In this document: positions 29,185-38,935 of the stretch, piece by piece
Layout of the letters: every line of letters begins with the position of its first letter
Numbering within the stretch: position 1 is the first letter of the stretch
Assembly: GCA_044450345.1 (NCBI GenBank)
Contig: JBIOIY010000002.1
Span: forward strand, 96,001 to 160,000
Direction of reading: 5' to 3'
DNA length: 64,000 bases
From: Thermodesulfovibrionales bacterium
GTDB lineage: Bacteria; Nitrospirota; Thermodesulfovibrionia; Thermodesulfovibrionales; UBA6898
Program-made: the position numbers and the translations under genes
Notes under the pieces: model-generated
Databases searched by the model: none
Seen by the model: only the letters and a program-made list of their open reading frames with translations
What the model was told of the DNA's origin: nothing

Positions 29185-30172
29185 AAATTACCTTACTACC
29201 GGTGCCGTCATACGTACGGCGCATAGATCGCCGCGACTTCAGTATGCTCACAAAGTACCCTTCTCCGGCGTCGCGCTGCAGGTTGTCCCAGCTGTCCTCC
29301 TCTTGTATCACCGCAAGGCTATCAAGGATCGTAAAGAGCTGTTCTTCACCGCTGCCGAAGGGTATTACCTTCCTGCAGGAAACGAACCTGACAAAATATC
29401 CTCTTTCAAGAAAATCTTTGGCAAGAGAGCCGGCCAGTGAAACCGCCCTTTCGAATAGTTCCCCGCCTTCCGGCAAGAGATTGTCGAGAATGACGGTCAA
29501 CCTCCTGACTTCGAATTCAGCGTATTCCTTGACGAAAAGGACCCCTGTCTTCGCAGATGCCTTCCAGTGAATGCTCCTCCGGTCGTCGCCGTCCCTGAAT
29601 TCCCGGAGGGAATACACTTCGTCCCCGGATGCCGAAAGGCCGGAGACCTCCATCCCCTCTTCTCCACTGACACTGTCGAGAAGACCTCCGAGTGAGCGCA
29701 GAGCCGGATATACAAGCAGCTCGCCGTTTACCCCCATCGATCTCTCTCCTCTCAGCAGGATAAAAGGAAAGTCGCTCAGCAACTGAAAATCCCCGTAGCT
29801 GTATATCCCCCTCCTCTCGAATCTCACCGCCATCTCTTTTTCTACTCTCTGAAGCGGCGGTATCATCCCGAAGAAAGCAGGCGCAAGGGCGCCGGGAAAC
29901 AGACATTGCACTGAATAGGAGGGTATCATGCGCTTATGGTTCCTGACTGATATGGTCAACATGGCATCTTCTCCCGCGAACAGAGCAGGGCTGCCCCCGA
30001 AATCAAGAGACAGACCGGACAGGTTGGCCCTTCCCAGAACTACGGAAAGCATAATGAAGGAAAGCATAAGAGAAAATATGAGATAGATAAGGTTGTTTCC
30101 CGTATTGAGAGCAGCCACGCCGATCAGGAAAGTGGCTATCGCAAACCTCTTTCCTTCCTTCGATACCTCCAT
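29168..30172 (-). CDS. DUF58 domain protein
   Basis: AALNTGNNLIY, LREFRDGDDRRSIHWKASAK. Confidence 0.9.
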   Translation of the reverse strand: MEVSKEGKRFAIATFLIGVAALNTGNNLIYLIFSLMLSFIMLSVVLGRANLSGLSLDFGGSPALFAGEDAMLTISVRNHKRMIPSYSVQCLFPGALAPAFFGMIPPLQRVEKEMAVRFERRGIYSYGDFQLLSDFPFILLRGERSMGVNGELLVYPALRSLGGLLDSVSGEEGMEVSGLSASGDEVYSLREFRDGDDRRSIHWKASAKTGVLFVKEYAEFEVRRLTVILDNLLPEGGELFERAVSLAGSLAKDFLERGYFVRFVSCRKVIPFGSGEEQLFTILDSLAVIQEEDSWDNLQRDAGEGYFVSILKSRRSMRRTYDGTGSKVIYAEDV

Positions 30173-30176
30173 CACA

Positions 30177-31112
30177 TCACACAGGCACCGGCACCTTTTC
30201 GACGATCTCCCGGACAATCAATTCCCCATCCGAAAAAAACCTCCCGGACTTCAGGATCAGCCTGTGTCCAAGGAGAAGCGGGGCGAGTATTTTGATATCA
30301 TCGGGGACAGCGTAATCCCTTCCTTCATAATAGGCGTGGGCCCTGACCGCACTGAGGAAAAACTGGGCTCCTCTCGTGCTCGCCCCAAGTCTGATTCTGT
30401 CGTCCCGCCGCGTGCACGCGACGATCTCCATCAGGTAGTCAATGAGACTCTCTTCCACCTCGACTTTTTCCGCCTCTTCCTGCATACGTAGGATGTCAAA
30501 CCTTGAGACCGCAGGTACCATTCTTTCGAGCAGTGGGAAGCTCGGTCCCTCCAATACGGCAATCTTCTCATATTCCGGAGAGGGATACCCCAGCGCAATA
30601 CGCATCATGAAGCGGTCGAGCTGGCTCTCGGGCAAAGGGAATGTACCATGATACTCCACGGGGTTCTGTGTCGCGACGATCATAAAAGGCTCTGGAAGCC
30701 TGAATGTCTTCTTCTCGACAGTCACCTTTTTCTCGTTCATCGCCTCAAGAAGAGCCGACTGGGTCTTCGGGTTCGTCCTGTTGATCTCGTCTGCAAGTAT
30801 TATGTTGCAAAAGAGAGGGCCAGTCTTGAACTCGAATTCCTTTGTCTCCTGACTGAAGACGCTGACGCCTATAATGTCCGAGGGCATCATATCACTGGTG
30901 AATTGTATCCGTTGGAATGTGCAATCCGTGGCCTTTGCGAGCGCGCATGCGAGCGTCGTTTTCCCCACGCCCGGCACGTCCTCGATGAGCAGGTTGCCTC
31001 TCCCCAGGAGGCAGACGATAGCCATTTTAACTGCTGTATCTTTTCCTTTGAGCACCGCGCCGACCTGCCCGCTGAGTTGCTTTAAGGCGGGATTTGTCAT
31101 ATGATTATCCAT
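30177..31112 (-). CDS. MoxR-family AAA+ ATPase
   Basis: LIEDVPGVGKT, RIQFT, LADEINR, ATQNP, LPESQLDRF. Confidence 0.95.
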   Translation of the reverse strand: MDNHMTNPALKQLSGQVGAVLKGKDTAVKMAIVCLLGRGNLLIEDVPGVGKTTLACALAKATDCTFQRIQFTSDMMPSDIIGVSVFSQETKEFEFKTGPLFCNIILADEINRTNPKTQSALLEAMNEKKVTVEKKTFRLPEPFMIVATQNPVEYHGTFPLPESQLDRFMMRIALGYPSPEYEKIAVLEGPSFPLLERMVPAVSRFDILRMQEEAEKVEVEESLIDYLMEIVACTRRDDRIRLGASTRGAQFFLSAVRAHAYYEGRDYAVPDDIKILAPLLLGHRLILKSGRFFSDGELIVREIVEKVPVPV

Positions 31113-31138
31113 ATTTCATATTATACACAGGAGAAGCT

Positions 31139-31669
31139 ATGGAATGTTCGCTTAAGGGCCATTTGTCGGTAATGTGTCTAACGGATCTCCTTCAGTGGGG
31201 AGAACTCTACCGGAAAACCGGCGCGATCACCGTGAAAAAAAATAATATCGAGAAAAAGATTTATTTGGAAGGAGGCAAGATAGTCTTCGTCTCCTCAACC
31301 AAGGATGGAGAACGTCTCGGCGAGTACCTTCAGAGGGGATCTCATATAGACCTCGACAAAATCAAGGCCGCCTTGAGCGAGGCCCAAAACATGAAAATTC
31401 CCTTCACTCAGAGGCTGCTCAAGATGAACTATTTCACTCCGGCGGGTCTAAGGAGCGTTATCGAAAGGCACGCGCAAGAGATATTACTCGAAGCCGCGGC
31501 ATGGGCCGAAGGCACCTTCGAGTTTATTCAGGGAGATCTCCCTTCCAGCGTCCTTGGGGGACCTATCAAACTCAATGCGTCCGAACTTATTCAGCAGATG
31601 TGCAGGCAGCTTGAAGATTCACGGGCAGGGCTGAGGAAAAATATCTCATACTTTTATATAATAAAGTAA
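31139..31669 (+). CDS. DUF4388 domain protein
   Basis: LKGHLSVMCLTDLLQW...KTG..IYLEGGKIV...WAEGTFEF; AGGAG RBS. Confidence 0.8.
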   Translation: MECSLKGHLSVMCLTDLLQWGELYRKTGAITVKKNNIEKKIYLEGGKIVFVSSTKDGERLGEYLQRGSHIDLDKIKAALSEAQNMKIPFTQRLLKMNYFTPAGLRSVIERHAQEILLEAAAWAEGTFEFIQGDLPSSVLGGPIKLNASELIQQMCRQLEDSRAGLRKNISYFYIIK

Positions 31670-31746
31670 CTTTTTTTAATCGGGAGAATATCTTCGAACC
31701 TCGGAAGGGATGCGTCCCGGAAGCGTCATGAAGGAGGTCTATTTCT

Positions 31747-33120
31747 GTGAAAAAGCCCTGGTCCGGCAGGTTTACCAATAAGACATCTGCCATAGTCGAA
31801 TCCTTTTCAGAATCCGTCTCCTTCGATAAGAGGCTTTGGAGATATGACATCGAAGGCAGCATCGCACACGCCAGGATGCTCGGCAGGCAGGGTATCATTC
31901 CTCATAAGGATGCCGGACTGATCGTGAAGGGACTCAGGGAGATCGCCTCTGATATAGAGTCGGGCAGGTTTAGATTCCGCGAACATCTCGAAGACGTCCA
32001 TATGAACATTGAAGCAGCCCTCATAAAGAAGATCGGCGCCGTGGGAAAGAAGCTGCATACCGCGCGTTCCAGGAACGATCAGGTCGCCCTCGATATGCGG
32101 CTTTATCTCAGGGAAGAAATAAAAGAGATACTTTTCCTTATAAAAAAATTTCAGAAGACGCTCGTCGATATTGCCGGGCGGCACCTGAATACTATTATGC
32201 CCGGCTATACCCATACGCAACGCGCCCAGCCGGTCCTGCTGTCGCACCATCTGCTGGCGTATGTCGAGATGCACCAGAGAGACAAGGGGCGGTTTGAAGA
32301 TTGCATGAAGCGCATGAACGTCCTTCCCCTGGGTTCATGCGCTCTCGCAGGGACCACGCTGCCGATCGACAGGGGTTACGTTGCAGAGCTCCTCGGCTTC
32401 GACGAGGTCTCGCGAAACAGCATGGACGCTGTTTCAGACAGGGATTTTGCAATGGAATTTCTTTCATGCTCTTCCATTGCGGCCACGCATCTCTCTCGCC
32501 TTGCCGAGGAGGTAGTACTGTGGTCGACGGAAGAATTCCGGCTGATAGAGATATCCGACACATTTACTACCGGGTCCAGCATTATGCCCCAGAAAAAGAA
32601 CCCTGATGTTGCCGAACTCGTCAGAGGCAAGACAGGGAGAGTATACGGACACCTCATCTCGCTCCTTACGCTTATGAAGGGCCTGCCGCTTTCATACAAC
32701 CGCGATATGCAGGAGGACAAACCTCCGGTCTTCGATGCGGTCGACACGCTGAAATCCTGTTTATCGGTTACCAACGCCATGCTGCCGGAAATTACCTTCA
32801 AGTCCGGCAGGATGCGCATGACTTCCGGTGAAGGGTATTCGACTGCGACCGACCTCGCAGAATATCTGGTGAGGAAAGGTGTCCCCTTCAGAGAGGCCCA
32901 TGAAATTACCGGCAAGATCGTTCTTTACTGCATCAGCAATAAGAAGGACCTGCAGTCCCTCGAACTTAAGGAACTAAAATCTTTTTCGAATACTATCTCG
33001 GCAGATGTGTTTAAGGCCCTGGACCCGGCAGAGTCGGTCAAGGCCAGGTCTTCATACGGCGGGACCGCCCCTTCCCAGGTCATGAGGCAGATACAATATT
33101 TCCGGAAGATCCTCAGGTAA
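31747..33120 (+). CDS. argH: argininosuccinate lyase
   Basis: WSGRF, HTARSRNDQ, TGSSIMPQKKNPD, YNRDMQEDK. Confidence 0.98.
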   Translation: MKKPWSGRFTNKTSAIVESFSESVSFDKRLWRYDIEGSIAHARMLGRQGIIPHKDAGLIVKGLREIASDIESGRFRFREHLEDVHMNIEAALIKKIGAVGKKLHTARSRNDQVALDMRLYLREEIKEILFLIKKFQKTLVDIAGRHLNTIMPGYTHTQRAQPVLLSHHLLAYVEMHQRDKGRFEDCMKRMNVLPLGSCALAGTTLPIDRGYVAELLGFDEVSRNSMDAVSDRDFAMEFLSCSSIAATHLSRLAEEVVLWSTEEFRLIEISDTFTTGSSIMPQKKNPDVAELVRGKTGRVYGHLISLLTLMKGLPLSYNRDMQEDKPPVFDAVDTLKSCLSVTNAMLPEITFKSGRMRMTSGEGYSTATDLAEYLVRKGVPFREAHEITGKIVLYCISNKKDLQSLELKELKSFSNTISADVFKALDPAESVKARSSYGGTAPSQVMRQIQYFRKILR

Positions 33121-33121
33121 A

Positions 33122-34096
33122 ATGGCCCTCTCGAATAATCATCGTTGGCGTAAATTACGGAGCCTGCCGGTCTCCGGTCCGATTTTGGTCATTATAGCCC
33201 TCTTTCTTGTTTCATCCTGCGGCAAGAAAGCCGCGCCCTCACTCGCTTCCTATGAAAAACCACCGGCCCCCGCCGTCCTCAGCGTCTCCCAAAGGGAGAA
33301 CGGCATGCTCCTCTCGTGGGGCTTTCCGGCTGACAAGGAAAAGGTGATATCGGGATTTATCGTACTCAGGGAACGGGATTCGGCTTTTAATAAAATTGCG
33401 TCGGCAGGGAGCGATATGCGCGCCTTCATCGATACTGATGTAAAGGAGGGGATGAAGTACACGTATAAAGTCGTATCGCAGAACCAAAGGGGGATATTGA
33501 GCGCGGATTCAAATTCCGTCACGGTGGTCGTCCTAACGCCGCCGGAGCCGCCTGCGAATATAGTATGGAATATCGGGAGCGATTCGCTGTCGCTTTCATG
33601 GGAGAAGACCGGAAAAGAGGTCCGGTATAACGTGTACCGGACCTTCGAAAAAGGAAAATACGGCATGCCCCCTGTGAACAAGTCGCCTATTCCAGAGAAT
33701 TTTTTTAAAGACAATTTTTTTCTCGACAGGCCGGTGCATTATACTATCCGGAGTCTGGTAAAGAATACAGTGGCGGCAGAGGGGCCGGCATCACAGGAAA
33801 TAACTGTTAACCCCTCGGATTTCATACCGGCGCCGCCTCGGGACATCCGCTTTTTTGCCGCATCCGATAAGATCTACCTGTATTGGAAAGAAGCTGATAC
33901 GGTTTGGATCACAGGCTTCAGGGTATACAGGAGATTCTCTGGTAGCGATTATGCCCTGATCGCCGAGACACAGATACCCTCTTTTTTGGACAAGGACACG
34001 CCATATGTAAAAAGAGATTACCGGATCGCTGCGGTAGGGCCTTCGCGGGAGGGACCCGCCGCTGAAATCACGGGGGTCCTTTTCCAGCCCGAATGA
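33122..34096 (+). CDS. lipoprotein with fibronectin type III-like domains
   Basis: VSSCGKK lipobox; repeated LSW...YNVYR...F.D...Y.Y.V pattern. Confidence 0.75.
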   Translation: MALSNNHRWRKLRSLPVSGPILVIIALFLVSSCGKKAAPSLASYEKPPAPAVLSVSQRENGMLLSWGFPADKEKVISGFIVLRERDSAFNKIASAGSDMRAFIDTDVKEGMKYTYKVVSQNQRGILSADSNSVTVVVLTPPEPPANIVWNIGSDSLSLSWEKTGKEVRYNVYRTFEKGKYGMPPVNKSPIPENFFKDNFFLDRPVHYTIRSLVKNTVAAEGPASQEITVNPSDFIPAPPRDIRFFAASDKIYLYWKEADTVWITGFRVYRRFSGSDYALIAETQIPSFLDKDTPYVKRDYRIAAVGPSREGPAAEITGVLFQPE

Positions 34097-34182
34097 ACCT
34101 CATGCGTATTAAGACAAAAACGAAGAAAAAAGTTGGCAAAAAATGCGTATTTTATTTTACACTTAAGCGAAAATATTGAGCT

Positions 34183-36303
34183 ATGGGCATCCCACTAAAA
34201 ATACTGATTATTGAGGATTCCGAGGATGATGTAGTCCTTTTACTGAGGGAGCTCAAACTCGGCGGATATGAACCTCTCCACGTGCGGGTCGAGACAGCGG
34301 AGGACATGGCGGCGGCTATCGCCGAAAGACAGTGGGATGTCATCATATCCGATTTCATCATGCCGCAATTCAGCGGACCCGCGGCCCTCGACCTTCTCAA
34401 ACAGAGCGGTCTTGACATACCGTTCATTATCGTTTCGGGAAAAATAGGAGAAGACATCGCAGTGGAGGCAATGAAGGCGGGTGCCCATGACTATATACTC
34501 AAGGGCAACCTCGCGAGGCTCGTCCCTGCCGTAAAGAGGGAATTAAGAGAGGCTGAATCACGCGCCTCCAAGCGGGCGGCGGAAGAAGAACTGAACAGGC
34601 ACCGGGACCATCTTGGAGAACTCGTCGAAGAGCGCACAAACGAATTAAGGAGCACAAACGAGCAGCTTCAACAAGAGATATCCGACCGCAAGACAGCGGA
34701 AGAGGCGCTGCGCAAGGCGATAAAAAGGGCGAAAGAGGAAAAGGCGAAGTCCGAAGCGATAATCGCAGCGCTGGGCGACGGTATCGTCATCCAGGACAGC
34801 GACTTTAAAATCACCTATCAAAATCTGATCCACAAAAACATCATTGGCGACCATCTGGGCGAATACTGCTATAGAGCATACCGCGTGGGGGAAAGTCACT
34901 GCACAGATTGCCCTGTTTCTCTGTCTTTCAGGGACGGTATGATACACCAGGCCGAAAAGACCATTTCAACAGACACTGGGCTCCGCAACATCGAGATTAC
35001 GGCGTCCCCTCTGCGAGATGCCTCGGGCCGAATCATTGCAGGTATCGAGATCGTCAGGGACACAACGGAGCGCAAAAAAATGGAAGATGAATTGCGCGAA
35101 CACCGCGACCATCTGGACCTGATGGTGAAGGACCGCACCTCCGAGCTGAGGAAGCTCAACAAGGAGCTCAGGGCCGAGATCATGCGCCGCATACAAATGG
35201 AGAAGGACCTGATTGAGAGCCAGCGCTTCGTCCATCGTATCGCTGATGCGACCCCTAACATACTCTACCTCTACGACGCGGTCGAAAACAGGAATATTTA
35301 CATAAATTCGCGCATCAAGGACATCCTCGGTTACTCTCCGGAAGATATTAAGAATATGAAGAGTGCTTTTTTCAAGAAACTCCTGCACCCCGGCGATGCT
35401 CCGGTCATCGACGCTCTCTGGAAGAGATTTCTCAAAGCCAATGACGGCGACATCATAGAGTCGGAATACCGATTGAAGAATTACAACGGCGACTGGCGCT
35501 GGTTCTATAGCAGAGATATAGTATTCAAGAGGACTTCCGGCGGTCATCTGAAACTCGTACTCGGCATCTCTCAGGACGTTACCGAGCGCAAAATGTTTGA
35601 GGAAGAACTGCAGAGTTCCCGCGAGCAACTCCGCCGGCTCCTGGCCCACCACCAGTCGGTGAGGGAGGACGAAAGGACCCGGATATCCCGCGAAATCCAC
35701 GATGAACTGGGACAGTCCCTGACGGCCCTTAAGATGGACCTCTCGTGGATGGTCAAGCGGCTCGGCAAAGACCAAGGGCCCCTTTTGGAGAAGGCCCGTC
35801 TCATGTCAAAGCTGATCGACATGAATATCCAGACTGTCAAAAGGATCGCCGCAGAGCTGAGACCGGGACTGCTCGACGATCTGGGCCTGACTGCTGCCCT
35901 CGAATGGCAGGCTGAGGAATTCCAGAAAAGGACCGGGATAAAGTGCGAAGTTTCGGTCCTTCCCGAGGACATGGAGCTGGACAGAGATGTCTCGACAGCC
36001 ATCTTCCGCATCTTTCAGGAGACGCTCACCAATGTGGTAAGGCACGCGAAGGCAAAAAAGGTCAGCGCAAGCTTAAAAAAGAAGAAAGACACTCTGATGT
36101 TCCAGATCAAAGATGACGGAAAAGGGATATCCGAAAAACAGATTTCGAACCCAAAATCCATAGGATTGATAGGCATGAGAGAGCGGGTGCACTTTTTTGC
36201 GGGCAGGATGGAGATCACCGGGGACGAAGGGACTACCGTGACGGTCACCATTCCAGTGGGCGAAGGAGCAGATACCGTCACCCGGGAAAAGGTCTTGAAA
36301 TGA
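34183..36303 (+). CDS. soluble hybrid sensor kinase REC-PAS-PAS-HisKA_3-HATPase
   Basis: ILIIEDS/IISDFIMP receiver, two PAS/PAC, REIHDELGQSL, QETLTNVVRH, DDGKG. Confidence 0.93.
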   Translation: MGIPLKILIIEDSEDDVVLLLRELKLGGYEPLHVRVETAEDMAAAIAERQWDVIISDFIMPQFSGPAALDLLKQSGLDIPFIIVSGKIGEDIAVEAMKAGAHDYILKGNLARLVPAVKRELREAESRASKRAAEEELNRHRDHLGELVEERTNELRSTNEQLQQEISDRKTAEEALRKAIKRAKEEKAKSEAIIAALGDGIVIQDSDFKITYQNLIHKNIIGDHLGEYCYRAYRVGESHCTDCPVSLSFRDGMIHQAEKTISTDTGLRNIEITASPLRDASGRIIAGIEIVRDTTERKKMEDELREHRDHLDLMVKDRTSELRKLNKELRAEIMRRIQMEKDLIESQRFVHRIADATPNILYLYDAVENRNIYINSRIKDILGYSPEDIKNMKSAFFKKLLHPGDAPVIDALWKRFLKANDGDIIESEYRLKNYNGDWRWFYSRDIVFKRTSGGHLKLVLGISQDVTERKMFEEELQSSREQLRRLLAHHQSVREDERTRISREIHDELGQSLTALKMDLSWMVKRLGKDQGPLLEKARLMSKLIDMNIQTVKRIAAELRPGLLDDLGLTAALEWQAEEFQKRTGIKCEVSVLPEDMELDRDVSTAIFRIFQETLTNVVRHAKAKKVSASLKKKKDTLMFQIKDDGKGISEKQISNPKSIGLIGMRERVHFFAGRMEITGDEGTTVTVTIPVGEGADTVTREKVLK

Positions 36304-36343
36304 GCGGCAAAGGAGTTCGAGATGATGTCCCGGGAGGATTGAA

Positions 36344-36976
36344 TTGATAAAGATACTCATCGCCGATGACCACAGGATTGTCCGTGAGGGGCTGAAACAG
36401 ATCCTTGCCGAAACACAGGACATGATCGTTACGGACGAGGCCAATAACGCGCAAGAGGTGTTAAAAAAGGTCTGGGACAACGATTACGACGTACTACTCC
36501 TGGACATATCCATGCCGGGAAGAAGCGGTCTGGACATATTGAAACAATTAAAAAGCGACCGGCCTAAACTCTCCGTGCTTGTGCTGAGCATGTATTCCGA
36601 GGAGCAATATGCCTTAAGGGCCCTGAGGGCCGGCGCGTCAGGCTACATGACCAAAGAAAGCGCGCCTGATGAATTGATAGAGGCGATACGAAAGGTTTCG
36701 ACGGGCAGGAAGTATATCAGCCCTAGTGTTGCAGAAAAGCTCGCCTTCAGCCTTGAAAGCGGCGATGAAAGACCTCCCCAGGAAACACTCTCCGACCGTG
36801 AATTCCAGGTCATGTGCATGATCGCTTCCGGTAAAACGATCAAGGCTATTGCCGACGAGCTCTCGCTGAGCGTCAAGACGGTCAGCACCTATCGTGCACG
36901 CATTCTCGAAAAGATGCGGATGAAAAACAACGCCGAGCTCACGCACTATGCGATTCAAAACAAACTCGTTGAGTAA
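36344..36976 (+). CDS. NarL/FixJ (LuxR-HTH) response regulator
   Basis: IADDH, LLDISMP, LSDREFQV, LSVKTVSTYR. Confidence 0.95.
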   Translation: MIKILIADDHRIVREGLKQILAETQDMIVTDEANNAQEVLKKVWDNDYDVLLLDISMPGRSGLDILKQLKSDRPKLSVLVLSMYSEEQYALRALRAGASGYMTKESAPDELIEAIRKVSTGRKYISPSVAEKLAFSLESGDERPPQETLSDREFQVMCMIASGKTIKAIADELSLSVKTVSTYRARILEKMRMKNNAELTHYAIQNKLVE

Positions 36977-37086
36977 CCGGTTCGCAGCTCTCCGGTTGAC
37001 AGAGGATCAGCGATTGGGTTACGCTCTTTCGAAGTGTCGGGCAGGGCAAACCGCGGCGGGACCGCTTCCGGGTTAAGCATTTTCTG

Positions 37087-37671
37087 ATGAAAGAAAAGAT
37101 CCTTAAAGAATTCAAAGAAAGCATTTCCGTCAAGGAAAAATTCATCCAGGGTCATCTGGACGCAGTCATCGATGTGTCCAGGGCCATCGCAGCCGCCTTT
37201 AACGAAGGGAACAAACTGATTCTCTTCGGCAATGGTGGAAGCTCCACTGACGCCTCCCACATCGCGGCAGAATTTGTCAACAGGTTCAAGAGAGAGCGTC
37301 CGGGACTGCCGGCTATCGCACTGAATACCGATATGGCGGTCATTACATCGATAGCAAACGATTATGATTACTCAGAGATCTTTTCCCGCCAGCTCAAGTC
37401 TCTCGCCGCCGAAGGGGATGTCGTAATCGCCATCACCACAAGCGGACATTCTTCTAACGTCATCAAGGCGCTTGACGCGGCGAAAAAAAAGAAATTGAAA
37501 ACAATAATCTTTACGGGAACTAAAGGGGAGAAACTCGCCTCCAAGGCGTCATATTCCTTTGTCGTACCCTCAGATAACACACCGAGAATACAGGAAACAC
37601 ATATTACCCTGGGGCACGTAATCTGCCTCATGGTCGAAGAAATACTCTTTGAAGAACCTCGAAAAAAGTAG
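37087..37671 (+). CDS. gmhA: D-sedoheptulose 7-phosphate isomerase
   Basis: GNGGS, HIAAEFV, NDY, TSGHS, TPRIQETH. Confidence 0.96.
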   Translation: MKEKILKEFKESISVKEKFIQGHLDAVIDVSRAIAAAFNEGNKLILFGNGGSSTDASHIAAEFVNRFKRERPGLPAIALNTDMAVITSIANDYDYSEIFSRQLKSLAAEGDVVIAITTSGHSSNVIKALDAAKKKKLKTIIFTGTKGEKLASKASYSFVVPSDNTPRIQETHITLGHVICLMVEEILFEEPRKK

Positions 37672-37701
37672 TTCCCCGGGCCAAAAGTTTTTCATATAGA
37701 T

Positions 37702-37833
37702 ATGGTACTTAAAGAAAGAGAATTGAATATTTCATCCATTCAAAAATCAGGGAATACTCCCTTTATGGTCTCGAAGGTTGATGATGCGGTGAGAGAACTA
37801 ATATCAGAGACGGGCAAGGAACTTGAAACATGA
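37702..37833 (+). CDS. 43-aa small ORF or gene remnant
   Basis: MVLKERELNISSIQKSGNTPFMVSKVDDAVRELISETGKELET; stop overlaps the ruvC start (ATGA); no clear RBS. Confidence 0.35.
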   Translation: MVLKERELNISSIQKSGNTPFMVSKVDDAVRELISETGKELET

Positions 37834-38318
37834 TAATTCTCGGCCTTGATCCGGGCCTGGCAAGTACCGGGTTCGGTGCAATCAAATGCGAGAACAGCTC
37901 CCCCTCCCTGTTAAAATGCGGTCACATAAAGACCTCGCCCGAAGACCATATTTCACACAGACTGTCCCAAATTCATTCCGATATCGCCCGTCTTATCCAT
38001 CTGGTTCAACCGGATTTAATTGCCATTGAGAATGTATTTTCTCTGGTCAGATATCCTAAAGCCGGTATTCTCCTAGGGGGGGTTTTAGGTATTATATATC
38101 TGTCCGTGTGCCAGAATAATATTTCGATGATTGAAATTACACCTAAAGAAGTGAAAAATTCTCTGGTCGGCTACGGCAGCGCCGACAAGAAACAGGTCAA
38201 AGAGACCGTAAAAAAATTACTCAAAATTACGGACATCAGGTCCTTCCATGCTGCAGATGCATTAGCCATAGCCTTGACCGCATTCCACAGAAAAACATCA
38301 TGGGGGAAGCTCAAATGA
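37830..38318 (+). CDS. ruvC: Holliday junction resolvase RuvC
   Basis: ILGLDPG, AIENVF, VGYGSADKKQV, AADALAIA. Confidence 0.95.
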   Translation: MIILGLDPGLASTGFGAIKCENSSPSLLKCGHIKTSPEDHISHRLSQIHSDIARLIHLVQPDLIAIENVFSLVRYPKAGILLGGVLGIIYLSVCQNNISMIEITPKEVKNSLVGYGSADKKQVKETVKKLLKITDIRSFHAADALAIALTAFHRKTSWGKLK

Positions 38319-38935
38319 TAACCTATTTAAAGGGAAGTCTAAGGATTAAACCGTTGTCTGATGAGAGAATCACTCTGATAGTAAATGGTATAGGGTATGA
38401 TATATTAATACCTGCATATGTGATGAATAGGATAAAAAAAGAAAAATCCGACGGAGACGAACTGGAATTATACGTTTCATACAATCAAACGGAGCGACAA
38501 CCCAAACCGGTCCTGGTCGGCTTTGAGTCGGACTTGGACAAAGAATTTTTTGAACTGTTTATATCGGTCGAAGATATCGGTCCAACTGCGGCGGTGAAGG
38601 CATTGATCAGGCCCGTGAGAGAAATCGCGCGTTCGATTGAAGGGAAAGATTCAAAAGCACTAAAACAATTAAAAGGTATCGGGGAGAGAAAGGCGGAAAA
38701 GATTATTGCGACGTTGAAAGGAAAGGTCGCAAAATACGCCTTGATGCCGGAACTGGAAGCGCCTGCCGAAGTGACTGAAGATTTCCAGAAGGAAGTCGAG
38801 GACGTTCTGATAACCCAGCTTGGACATAAACAGATAGAAGCTCGCAAGATGATAGAGGAAGCCATGAAAAGGAATCCCCGCATCAATTCGTCTGAGGAAT
38901 TATTTGAGGAAGTATATAGAGGGCAAAAGAAGTGA
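38315..38935 (+). CDS. ruvA: Holliday junction branch migration protein RuvA
   Basis: MITYLKG, VNGIGYD, HhH motifs VEDIGP / [12 protein letters not shown]; synteny. Confidence 0.92.
   Translation: MITYLKGSLRIKPLSDERITLIVNGIGYDILIPAYVMNRIKKEKSDGDELELYVSYNQTERQPKPVLVGFESDLDKEFFELFISVEDIGPTAAVKALIRPVREIARSIEGKDSKALKQLKGIGERKAEKIIATLKGKVAKYALMPELEAPAEVTEDFQKEVEDVLITQLGHKQIEARKMIEEAMKRNPRINSSEELFEEVYRGQKK

Noticed and set aside
37043..37077. AGGGCAAACC...GGGAC..GCTTCCGGGTTAAG upstream of gmhA resembles the 5' half of a c-di-GMP-I riboswitch
   Set aside because: The GAAA tetraloop stem, the GCAAA junction and the 3' strand of the second helix are missing, and the ATG follows 10 nt later. At best a relic; an Infernal scan with the Rfam c-di-GMP-I model would settle it.
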